This document shows positions 27,203 through 39,654 of a stretch of DNA of 64,000 nt, in pieces. The stretch is taken from positions 3,286,001-3,350,000 of the forward strand of contig CM120643.1 in NCBI GenBank assembly GCA_051362555.1. The letters run 5' to 3'. Position 1 is the stretch's first letter, and every line of letters begins with the position of its first letter. Below the pieces are notes generated by a model. The model did not search any database, had not been told where the DNA came from, and worked only from the letters and a program-made list of their open reading frames with translations. The position numbers and the translations under genes were made by a program. The DNA is from Lingula anatina. Taxonomy: Eukaryota; Animalia; Brachiopoda.

Positions 27203-27467
27203 ATGACGTTGAAATGGAAAAAAGGAGCAGCTGTAAAACTTCTTCAGAATGTATATTTTGATGTTTTTATCAAAATTGCAGGGATGTTTCACACTGACAT
27301 ATCCCTATAAATATTGGGGAAATTGTTGAAAATTTGTAATAAAAATAATAGAAAACAAAAAACAACAGTAAATGAATAACAGTTAGCGTAGAATTTAGGA
27401 TATTAATTTTGTGTCAAAGCATTATGCAAACAGTTTGGAATATATAGAACATGATTTTAATAAAAAT

Positions 27468-30400
27468 TGTAACCAAATATCCTATGGTAACCGTGACCGC
27501 CGGAGCATATTATATTTTGATTTATATATTTATACATATCCATACCACAAAACAAAAATATTTCCGGTGCTTTTCAGAGAAACAACCTTCGTGACGTCAG
27601 TGTTTATTGGCGGGTAAGCGCGCCTGTGGTGATCCGCTATAATTCAGTAGCACTTATGCAGCGATACACCTAGAGGTAGGAATAACCACCATCTGAATAT
27701 CAACCCACTTAATGCCTTTTATTGAAACAACATCATGTTTCATTTTGAATATTGCAAACTTGCATATTAGTGACAATGAATTTTAAATCGCCTGCTGATA
27801 GGCAAAATTTACAACGAAATGCTGTGTTACAGTTTTTAAAAGCTGAAACATAACTATCCCTCAAGCCCTTGTTTAAACTGATTTTATAAAGCCATTTCTT
27901 CGCTCAATGCGAAGACCGAGTGTGATGACAACTGTAAGACACTGTTTGACACTGCTTAATTGGACACCTGTTACTCATGTTATCATTTCATGATGAAATT
28001 TTAATTAAAATTCCCCGAAAATAATCCAACAATCACATGCTGGTACTCCACATGTGATCTATGACAATCAATCTGTCGTGCAGAAATTAAATGGTATAAC
28101 CACAGGTTAGGGACCAAAGATTTTCTTGTTTATGACAAAATATTCAGGTAATTATCTTCAAAATGGTGATATAATCGCACCTACGGGAACCTGTTTTCGT
28201 AGAATGTCGAGCAACAGCCATGTCGAGCGATGAACCAAGCCCTTCGAGTGCATATATGGCAATTACGCATGTTTATTGACAATAGCATTACCATGGATAA
28301 TAAATTTTAGTATCTGAACAAGAAATAGCATTGAAAACGAAATGAAGAGCAGCATGTAAAAACTTCTTCAAAATATTTTGGTGTGTTCTTCAAAACTGAA
28401 CAAAAATAAAATATATATATATTGGGAAAATTGTACAAAATTTCTCACACAAATAACAGTTAACACAATTAACATCAGTTTATTACTGGTTACCCGATAG
28501 TTATCTATGTGCACGTCCACTGTACTGGGTAACAACAATGGGACATGGCCATCAAAATTTCCCAGATTTGAGCGCTGTTTGAGTGTCATTTTCGGCTAAG
28601 AATCGAAAAGTTTAAAATACACAGTAATGTTTGGAAACACAAAAATGTTTGTTATAATGAGACAAATCCACCCCCTCTCACATGAAACCCCCCCCCCCCA
28701 ACCCACTGTACTCCAACACACAAGAATATTTTGATAATATCAATGCCAACCTCATTGTCCAGTCCTCTGATGCTAGTTCAAATAATAGGAAGACATGTCA
28801 CAATATTAAACTCAGTATACCATTTAGTATTTCACTTTACAGCTGTACACAATAACTTATTAGACCAGAAAATTAATATACAATTAAAGGAACATCAGAT
28901 GTTTTCTATTTTCAAGTTTAACATTTTGAAAAATGCTTGCCTAAAATTGGAATTCATCAAACCGTATATGAACGGATTAATTGCTGAACTTAAGAATAAT
29001 AATTCAACGGCAATGTTTCGTAGAACAGCAAATGTCAAGCTGCCTTTCTCAAAGTATCTTTCGCTCCAGAATATTATCGGGTATGGACAATACAGAGCAA
29101 AGAAGCTGCCGAGAATAACTGCAGTCATTTTTGCCAGTTTAGCCTCCAAGTAGCTTGCCGATGATTGGATTGTCACGTTTTCAGACTGGTCAGAGTGGAT
29201 ATGAAACGTAGAAGGATCGCTCCTAGACGCTGTTGCTGCCAATGACCCCAAACCATTGGGCCCAGGCACTGCGCTTTCATCCCCCAAACTGGGTCCCTGG
29301 ACGGCACTTGAAACCGTATTTATTCCTCCAGGACAGCTAGTCGCGTCGAGAGAAGCTGATTGGTCAGAAACTGATGGAAACATCGGCGACATGGTACTAC
29401 TAGCTGTTTGGTTTGTCTGTGTAACAGTTTGCAGCCTTTGCGATAAAGCATCCTGATAAGCATTGCCATATTGCCCAACTTGCTGGTTTTGTTTCTTGAC
29501 TCTTCTAAATATTGCGATGTAAAAACCTAAAGCAACCAACAGACAAATAGGGATGTGTGGTGCTCCAACGTAGCGCATGAAACCTGCCATTGTTGTCTCC
29601 GCCCTGCATTCCACGCCTGGAGTCCAGTTATCCCAGCCCATAAAAGGTAAAGAATGCAAAGTGACCATATACAAGTAGCACATGCCAGTGATGAAATAAA
29701 ATCTCTTTTTTGGTAAAATTCTGGGATAGTGAATATACTGGCATATCTTCATGTATCTTTCAAAAGAAATCAGAGTCTGTATGAGCATTGAAAGTAAAAT
29801 GCATGTACTAAGTGTCGCTATTTTTCCAATGCAGAAGTACTTGTTGAAGGCCAAATGATGCAATGCTGGAAAGATGCCTACGAAATACCCTAGGACTATA
29901 TTGTAAGGCATGCTGATCACACCGGTCAAAACGTCAACCAGAGCTAAGCTCACAATGGCAATGTTAGTGTTCGACCGAAGCCACTTGAACTTCCAAAACG
30001 CAAAAATGACAAAACAATTAGACGTTACCGATACCAGCGATATCAAGGCTTCCACTGTTATAAAGATGATGCAGCTCATGCGTTGACAGGGGAGGACGGT
30101 CTCATTTGATCCGTTCAGTGAAACAACGTCGGTCACCAAAGTTTCATTCAACATCACGATGTCCTTGGGCATATTCTTGTCTTCAAATCAGCAAGTGTTC
30201 TGTGTAGGTTCAGCGTTTTGTGTTGATGTCGCCTAACTCTGTGACGGAAAAAAATGTTGAATGTTCAATTGACACTTATCTTTACATGAGATCAATGGCA
30301 TATGAGGACACTGATTATGTAGAAGAGTGTGGTATCTAATACCTGATTGCTTCCAATACCCGTGGTGTGCACGTTGCTGGATATTCGTTTTGTTACTTTG

Positions 30401-31757
30401 ATAATCCAAAGACGATTAAGAAGTGTCGACAGTAATATAAAATCCTGATATTTCGTTTAACAGAATATAAAGTAGGTCTATCACATGTGGTCACTCGCCT
30501 TCGTTTTCCCTTATATTCTTTTAGCTTTGGATTCGTTACAAAACCCAAAAATCGTGCTTAGGTGTTTTGTTGTATTCTTTTTTTATAACATATTGTGCCT
30601 AGATCGTTTATACACTCTTGATGAAAATGATGGACTATTCCAAAGGAATATTGCATTTACGATTTCAATAAGTTTAAACTAAGACAAAAATGTAACTTAC
30701 AACCAGCTCGTGAGTGCTCAATTATAATTCAGGTTCTATCTTCAAGTTACAGAATATTTGGGGATTTGTATTCGTTTGGGTGCCTTCTGGTGAATGATAT
30801 CAGTTTATAGAGAAAAGGAAATGTCATTTTCAAGACAGCAGGGATGACAGGAGAGAAGCAGAGTCACCTAAATGCAACAATGTACCAATACCGTGGATGA
30901 CGTCATCTATTCTCTGAGGTACGAACTTAACCAGTTTCTGAACCTTGCCTCAGCTCTTCCAGTAAAGTCGGGTGGACCTCTCCTGTACGGTCTAGAGTAT
31001 CCTAACAGAGCTCAATGTGAATCAAAGCAGGAAAAATCAGACTTGTCTACTTGCCCAATTTCTTGGTCAATAAAGAATTATGGTGTTCTGCAATTAAAAG
31101 AAGAGATGGACAGTAAGCTGTCATATTGTAACAAAAAGGTTCACAACGCCAGAAAGAATAAATATTGCTTCATCAGAAAACCAGCCAAGCCACCAATGGC
31201 AATGTATTTGTCAGGTCCATTTCTAGCGGCAGTTCTTACACTGTCGGGTCAAAAAGGTTATCCTATTAGTACACATTGGCCCAGCCACGAAAAGAGAGTC
31301 TGCTGTTGACTGACCCAGTAGAAACTCGGTTTCTGTGCAATTTAATTCGTTTTTCTCTGAAAAGATGCTGACCGTGTTCTCTTTTGACGACACACCCTGT
31401 AGAGTATACTGTCCTTCTGGGCTGCAGTTTTACCAGGAAGACCTGCGCTGCTGCCTGGTTGCACGGGGTGCTTTGTACGAAATCGTTGGATGATCTTACA
31501 GACACGGTTCCTTGAGTCATTACATGGTGAACACAGCAATGCACTTTTGTTTGCTTCCAGTAAACCACATTCCCACAACTTGCCAAGCTCTTCTTTGGCA
31601 AATGCAAAGGCATAGTCACTCTTCAGACCACTCTTCAGACCTGCTTGTTGACCTATGTTTTATGAAAATTTTCACCAAGAATTTTAAGAACCGAATACAT
31701 AAAGATTTTCAGTGTATATTCATTCATTGTTTGCAGGAGTGTATAAGGAATGAGACT
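27468..31757. repeat. segmental tandem duplication unit 2 containing GPCR copy 2
   Basis: See unit 1. A further partial copy of the flank (similar to ~18800-19310) lies at ~26220-27350, interrupted by a MITE. Confidence 0.85.
28895..30172 (-). CDS. rhodopsin-like (class A) GPCR, single coding exon, copy 2 (425 aa)
   Basis: Same motifs and same length as copy 1, gap-free collinear, open frame. Confidence 0.93.
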   Translation of the reverse strand: MPKDIVMLNETLVTDVVSLNGSNETVLPCQRMSCIIFITVEALISLVSVTSNCFVIFAFWKFKWLRSNTNIAIVSLALVDVLTGVISMPYNIVLGYFVGIFPALHHLAFNKYFCIGKIATLSTCILLSMLIQTLISFERYMKICQYIHYPRILPKKRFYFITGMCYLYMVTLHSLPFMGWDNWTPGVECRAETTMAGFMRYVGAPHIPICLLVALGFYIAIFRRVKKQNQQVGQYGNAYQDALSQRLQTVTQTNQTASSTMSPMFPSVSDQSASLDATSCPGGINTVSSAVQGPSLGDESAVPGPNGLGSLAATASRSDPSTFHIHSDQSENVTIQSSASYLEAKLAKMTAVILGSFFALYCPYPIIFWSERYFEKGSLTFAVLRNIAVELLFLSSAINPFIYGLMNSNFRQAFFKMLNLKIENI

Positions 31758-31760
31758 TTT

Positions 31761-31853
31761 CTATAGTTGGGAGGGAGCGGTCTCGTTTGATCCGTTCAGT
31801 GGAAAGGCGTCAGCCACCAAAGTATCATTTAACATTAGGGTGGTATTCTTCAT
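31761..31853 (-). pseudogene. truncated 5' end of a third GPCR paralog
   Basis: Translates MKNTTLMLNDTLVADAFPLNGSNETAPSQL*, aligning to MPKDIVMLNETLVTDVVSLNGSNETVLP. The sequence upstream of its ATG also resembles that of the two full genes. Confidence 0.8.
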
Positions 31854-34800
31854 TTTCTGGTTTTCAAATCTGCTTTCTGGGTGTGTTCAACGCTTCTTCC
31901 GTAGTTCTCCTCACCTACTGTGCGAAAGCAATGATGAATATTACATTTGCACTTCTCTGTAATTTCCCTGTGGCAATTACGTTTGCTGGAATTTTCATTA
32001 GTGACAGAGATAACCACAAGATTATTAAGACGTGACTTCGTAAATACAAAACCATCCAATTATGTATCGTTTGACAAATAATAATAAAATATTTATACCG
32101 CATGTAGAAACATACAGCATGTGTCTACGTCTTTCTTTTTTGATCTTAGCTTTTTCCAAAACCTTAAATTCCTGGTTACAAGGAATTTTGAGGTGTTACA
32201 CTGTGAAAACAGATTTTGAACACATAACACACGTTAAGCACCTAATCGCGTTTAGAAATATGTGTTAAAACTAAACACGTTTGTCTTTTCAAGCTTCTCA
32301 CAGAAGAAAATGCTAGACAAGTTTAGCAGTATTACACGTTTAGCTATGTGATAAGGCTAAACACACTGGCTAAGCACTTCTCCTGCTGAGTGCGTGGAGC
32401 TGTTTTAAACATATGGAGCTGCTTAGCGTGTGGAACTGCTAAACGCGTTGAGGTGCTAAACGTGTGAAACAGCCTTCTAAGATACTTACTGGACTTCCTT
32501 ATAATAACTTGTTAATATTCTAAAAATGTCCATTAGGTACTGAGTGGTTTTTGTCAAAGTACTGTAATTAAGGGAAGCAATAGCTAAAGCCTCCCTACAA
32601 GTCTAGGCGTAGGCCATGTTTTCGGTCTACACTTGTATAAAAGTGCATTTTATTCTGAGTCCTTATTAATGTATCCAACCTTATTTTTTACTATAGACCT
32701 AAATGATAACTGGTAAATAGAAAGCAGTATACTCATAGGCGGATTTACTGTGGCTAACTTTGAATACATATAAAAGACATAATAATTGTATTTTTATTTT
32801 ATTTATTTATTTATTACATTCATTCACGGAGACAGTCGAGCGTGCTCTGCTCCAGGTAAATCATGTCAGACAGATGGTGAAGATTCTAAACTGTGTTAGC
32901 TGAGAAAATGCAACGAAGGCAATCACATTGATGGTTTAGAATACATGCTTTACACTTAAAACTATATATTTTGAGCGATCAATGGCAGATATACTTTTCA
33001 CTTAATCAGAATGTCATTGCCCTGTTTTGGGTGTGCATTTGCGACCCTTTAAAACTTGACCAGATTTTTAAACTTAAACTTTATGTTGTGTCCGAAGAGA
33101 AATCTTAAGGTAATTTAGTAGTACCAGATTGGAAATCGCCAACATTTTGGTCTATGTTACAGGATTAAAATTCAAATCGGAAGTGGTATGTTAAAGATAC
33201 CATAGCTTTTAAGAACATACATTTGCAAACATGGAAAACAAAAAGGTCTTATATAGGATCAAATAATTCTAGCATCAAATTCTGGCAATAGTGATAAATT
33301 GCACACACACACACACACACACTTTCTCATTTCTTTATTCTTTTAACAAATTTAAGCAGTCAAATTATGTATCACATTCCATACATAGACATACTTGTAC
33401 TTAATAAAGATGTCCGTAGCCGGCGTAACCAAATACGACTGATAAATTATTCCAAGCGCTTTGATGTTTTTAGAGCTTTATTTCGAAAGAATCTGTTACG
33501 ATTAAATACGGATCACAGCGGGTCCAACCATTGTACTGGATATCTGCAAATTAATGACAAAATCCTCACATTTTAAGTACACCGGTTGCAAATTGCGTTC
33601 AGTTGCAAATTGCGGCGCTACTAAGCACAGTATCATTTGGCATGGGAAAGGGAACTTTGGAATTTTTTTAACTTGGGGTGTGGGCCTGGGGTTGGTTGAA
33701 TCACATTAACATTGTGTTTTCTGCTATCTCCCTGAGATCATTAAAGTTAGATGCGTAAGGCTTTCAGAAACGTAAGTAATTTTTGGTGATGTGTATGGGT
33801 CCTTCTGTGTTTTTTATGACATTGGGGTTGGCCGTCCCTGGGGGTGGTTGATTCTCTTTGTACAACATAATTTCTGCTATCTACAGTTAGACCGTTATGG
33901 TTGGGTACATAAAAATTTGGGGACTGAAATGTACAGGGCCTATCATCCCCTTTCCCCGCTAAGAACTGACGTGCCTGAAGAATGTAAGGGCGGGGCGGGG
34001 CGGTCCTTATCATATAGAAATAAATAAATACGGTTTTGAGTATTTGGCTGAAAATGGTATTTATTTTTTCTAAAACTTCTAAGGCCAGACTGAAAGAGTG
34101 CCGTCTTCATGCAAGAGCGAAAGTTTCAAAATATTAATAAACCGAAACCATAACGCTGGAGATACTCACAATAATCTGCTTTCTCTAAATTTCGTTGTTT
34201 GCATCACAGGCTGATGATTAAAAAAAGGTAGACATGAAGACATTTAACGTGAACATAAATTTGTGTTGTACTAATATGCGAATATAGAGTAGAAACTGAG
34301 TATGTCTTTTTACTGGAAGCAACTACACTGGGTTTATTTCACTTCTCAAATGTTCAGTTAATGCAGATAAGGAAATGACAGAAAAAGTCAAGGCTGAAAT
34401 GACACATCAAACGAAACCATCGAAAATTGTCACACAAAACCAATGTGTGTATAAAAACGGCTAATACATTATCTTTAATATAGCTTTTAATACTTCCAAT
34501 TATCATATATTTTGACCTGGGATTTAACATATGTATTACTGCAAACTTAATTTATTATCGTGTATTTATTTATTATTTTATCTATTTCCCTCTTGTGGGT
34601 AATTATGCCTTATTCCCTTATTCTTTCTTACGGGTCAACACGCTCCATGCCATACACTCCATTTCCATAGATTAGATCGACCTATTTCAGATCGACCTAA
34701 CTCCCTGGGGGTTCACGCTAAATAGCTGTCAGCCGGGCGGACACGAAAGTTAATTATCCTCTTACAGCTTGTAGTAGGCGGGACGGACATTTAAGTCGGA

Positions 34801-36290
34801 TTATCTGAAAGTAATCTAGTGAGACTCCCCGCGGGGATAGATCGATCTAAAATCTATGGGAATAGAGCCATAGAGTTGCTGTGTACATGTAACTGAAGAA
34901 TAGCCTTTGGAGTCTACAATACAAAGTAAATGTGGCCCTCAGCAAGGTGGGACTACAGAGCTATATCAGCGCAGAGCAGATTTGCATTTTTTTTAGATTT
35001 TTTAAGTTTAACACGGGAACCCAAAACTGTAAAAAAAAATGTCTGTTTATTGGACATGTCTATACACTTTATTTACTCATTAATGACGTCCGGAGGTTGG
35101 CGCGGTAAACAAATACACTGCTTCATTTATAAATAACGACACTGACTTTACTTCTAAATTTAAAGTGAAATGAGAAAAGTTGAAAAATGGTGTAAACGTT
35201 TGAGTACCCAATATAGACAGTACCCAATGCCCGTCAAAAGTCAAAATTGTTTAAGGCTTTCATTTTTAAGATAATGGTTTCCTGTCTATATTTGAATATG
35301 AATAAGCTTTAATTATTTCCGTGTAAAGCTCCCTTTTGGCGGAACACAATAAAAAGTCTTCAAACTGTCTTATTTGATGTACTGGTAAAAGTTTCATATC
35401 GATAGCTGAATGTAAATAAACGTTATTTTAGTTGTAAGTCACCGCTGTAATCATATCCACTTCGAAAATACCCCTCTCATGTGGGAAGTGGGTGTGACGC
35501 TTATTTCCCTTTATAACCTACTGTAAGTCGTAGCATTCCTGTGAGCGGCCGCCACGGGGAATTGATCGTCCATCTCTTTCAGGAAGGTTTGCTGTAAAAT
35601 ATGCGAGACCACGTTCATAGACATTACGGATATGTGTAGTAAACAAATTTTTAATATATCACGCTGAAGAAGTACTTTGAAACCTATTGAAAATATTCCA
35701 ATGGTTACTATTTATTAAAACCGCACTAAGGGACATTGCGCAATGTATAACAACAGGTGTAATTTCTTGTTTGGTACGTTGTAGTCCAGAGCCTAATATG
35801 AGCTGTTTTTATGTAGCCCCATATTTAAACACGATTTCTACCTAAAACGACAACATCTGCTACACAAAATATCATTTATCCACGTTTAACCAACCTACAC
35901 ACGAACAAAAATAAGTAGAAAATCAAATGGCATTGAACACGAAAGTTAAGGGTTATACATGTAATATACATGTATAGTGGCTCAATGCTAAGCAAAGAGA
36001 GATCTACAGTAAAGAACATTGGTGTCTGTCAGTTAAGAGTGAGGAAAAACAAGGTAATACCTGGAAAATGAAAACAGGGGTACGCAATAAACATAGTAAA
36101 ATCAAAGAAACATGTCTGAAAAGAAAAAAAAAGAATAAATGCAAATAGAAATTAAAAACAAATAGAACAAAAAGTATATCGGAGTTATAGTTATAGCTCA
36201 TACTAGATGTCAGTAACGCGCTAACTTACCGTTGTCCTATATAAAATGCCTTCCATCGTCTGGAAAATAAAATAGGGTCATGATTCTGAG

Positions 36291-37076
36291 GGGGCCGTAG
36301 CGATAGTCCGAAGGTTCAATAGTCCGAAGGTTCATTGGTCCGAAGGTTCAATGGTCCGAATGTGCATTGAAGGTTCATTGGTCCAAAGGTTCGATAGTCC
36401 GAAGGTGCATTGGTCCGAAGGTTCATTAGTCCGAAGGTTCGATAGTCCGAAGGTTCGATAGTCCGAATGTTGGCCCGCTGTATAAGTGTATAGTGAATTA
36501 CATGTACAGGGGCGGATCCAAGATTATTTGAAGGGGGGTCCGCGGATGCCAAGCCCCCACCCCCCTTGGCGTAGGATCTGGGGCCCGCTAAAGGGCCCCG
36601 AAAATTGTTGGTGTCTCAAAACAAGAAGTTATAATTATAACTTCTTGCTCAAAATGACCACCTATTTATCTAGAGACACATCTGTGAATATCTGTAAAAA
36701 ATCTATCAGTCGTCCTGGTAGAGGGTTTAAAAGTTAGGTCTGCACGGGCAAAAATAACGTCAATACTAGCATATTACATTAGTTACAAAAAAAAAAAAAA
36801 AAAAAAAAGAAAAAAAAAGAAAAAACAGATCTTGATGTTTTTCATGGGATTGGAAGTTGACGATATTTAACTGCAAAGGTTTATTTTGTAAAATCAAATG
36901 GAAATTTTCTCACGAGTCACGAGTGTATCTACTTTTGGCATAGAACGTTTTTCTTCGTTTAAATGAATTTGTTACAAAGACAGCATTTTTGATGTTGTTC
37001 ATCAGATTAGAAGTTTAACTGTTTTAGAATATTTCAACATGTTCAAACTGCCTTCTCACTTGTATTTTACGTTTAA

Positions 37077-37119
<43 letters not shown>

Positions 37120-39654
37120 ATAGGCCCACCGGGTTGATATGGCGTTGCCACATTTCTATTTCAGATTATAAACGTTTCAGCACCTTCAGTATTGCTGGGG
37201 AAGAGGGGGTGGAATTAAATATGTATTACTATTTGCGTAATTTTTGTTTATATGCCAAGTTTACACTCCAGTTAATTCATCCTCATCCCTATGAGTAATA
37301 CAATACTGCTGGCGGGGGGAGGAATATTTTTTGGGGGGGGGAGGGTAGGGGAGTGGGCTGTGCGAACAACAACATAGTTTGTTTGGAAATGCAATTATTC
37401 TATAATTTTTACATAATTTAAGTAATGTGTAGGTTAGAAGAATTTGAATTCTAATCATAGTATCTTAAGACATCGTAAGAAACTCAAACTAATTGTAAAA
37501 GTGCTCTTGGATAGTTTGGATTGATGGACTGGTAAAGTCAGTCCAGGAAAAATGCCGTTTACCCGTGTGAAATTTGTTTTCTAAGGGAGTTTGCGCCTTT
37601 TCAGAGCTTACCATACCTATACGGTAATAAATATCAGGTTGTAATTAAATCATTAATTAAGTGGGTCAGTACTAGCAGTCAGACTATTACTCGAAAGCCC
37701 CATACCTGTACCTCGAGTTGATATCGGCATTTTAGCCAGGCCCATTACGATGTCAGATATATGGATCTAGCGGTACCTGGTTCTAAAGATCTAAAATTAT
37801 AGGAATCTGTTGGTGGATCTATCGGCACGTAGATTTAACGAGACGTAAATCTATTGAGACGTGTATATCGGGACGAATATTTTATTAGGACGTTTATCTA
37901 TATGGCGGACCCCAAAATCGCACGTCTCACTTGCGAGATCTACGAGATGCCAGTATGAAATGCCACGTACGGCCTAGACACTTACGATTTTAGATATTTT
38001 TCAAAAGCTTAGACAAAATCATAGAGGATACAGAGGATGTAAATCCTCCCATTTTTGCTTGATATTGCACAGCCATGTCTGTATAGCCAACATGTTCTTT
38101 TTTTCATAACAGACAGGCTGCTGTTGCATGTCCAGAAAGTTTTTTTCAAACTCACAGTGACTTATATATGTTAATTTATCTTACACCATAACAGATACAT
38201 AGTATATCATACATGTGGTTTGTGTCTGCGGTATATCAAGTACATTTTTGTATTGCACACCTGCTTACCACTATTCAAAACGGTGGGAGTAGAAGTTAAT
38301 TGATCTTTTTTATGGTGAATTAAAAACTGAATAAAGACAGTTGCAGAAATAAAATAATAACAGAAATGGAGAAAACAAATAATTATACGAAGAGCTTAAA
38401 TTAAATAATCAAGGTAAATACACCTAGTAACTCCTGAATAAAAAAGAAATGTAAAACAGTAGATAAAAAAACTAATGAAATCAAAAATAATACTTACTTT
38501 CCCTATCAACTCTGAAAACGTTTCCTCACAATGATAACATCAGAAATAACATATTAGGGCATTCTCCCCTGCAACTCATCTGGCTTAGTCTAGGTGAAGA
38601 AACGGTAACGGTTAATTGTATCCCACATGACGCGGAACTGGCGGAGGCCGTACGAGATGGGTCGGGATTAAGCCCATGCCTACCGCCACGCTCACGCTGG
38701 TGGTACGGTTATTGGTCGCTGGAGGGTGGAGTTGTCTGTTAACTGCCTTTCTTGAACCGACCTATTCATCCAGTCTTGAAAAGTCGATTATCACTGATTT
38801 TTTACGAAACTGTTGACTTGATATTCATGAGTACAGGGTGGACGTGAACCGCAGTCGGTCTCTAGAAAAACGGGACTCTCCCGCAATCCAAAAAATTTCG
38901 TAATTGAAACACCCGTTTTTTTATTTTGAAAATAATCAGTGTGCGCTTAAAGGTAGCCTTGATGGAGCGTAAAACCACTTTTATCAGTTTCTTATACAAT
39001 TCAAAAATAATAGCACAGGCCATTCGATTAAATGTCATTATAGGCGTCCTCTCATTTTATGCGTTCCAATCTTTATTCAATATTTCATGTGAAACATGTA
39101 TGGTGTTCATGAGTTGGAAAGGGTAGCCATTGCATATCCCCAAACTTCCCCACATTGTAAAGAGTAGTTCACGGAAACAATACGACCTATATGGATAATT
39201 TTCACGTGCGTTTCGGTCGCACTCAAAACAAAATGATAAAGATTCTAGAAGCTGAGTTCACAGAAAGTTAATCACCCCCTAGCAGCTCCAGGATTGCTAA
39301 TCTGATTGCATACAGTGAGAATCCTGGTGGAGTTGGATCAATCTACGTAGAATGATAGTTTCGTTGGGAACGTACCCTAAGATTCCGTTTGTAATTATAA
39401 TTCTTAAAATCGAAGAACATCTTAAAATGTTTCGGACTATCGAACCTTCGGACTAATGAACCTTCGGACTATCGAACCTTCGGACTATCGAACCTTCGGA
39501 CTAATGAACCTTCGGACCAATGGACCTTTAATTTTCGGACTAATGAACCTTCGGACCAATGAACCTTTTTGTTGAAAATCTGATGAAAAATTTACGAATT
39601 TTCGGACCAATGAACCTTCGGACCAATGAACCTTCGGACTATCGAGACGCCCCC
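36291..39654. mobile_element. foldback-type DNA transposon (MULE- or Merlin-like) with tandem-repeat arms and internal cargo
   Basis: GGGG termini, arrays of 17-18 bp (tagtccgaaggttcat-type) at ~36300-36470 and inverted at ~39431-39645, 8-bp TSD ATTCTGAG (36283-36290 and 39655-39662). Confidence 0.8.

Noticed and set aside
36300-36470. CRISPR-like regular short repeats (also 39431-39645, 6160-6280, 63580-63932)
   Set aside because: Units are contiguous with no unique spacers, there are no cas genes, and the context is eukaryotic. They are TE-internal tandem repeats.
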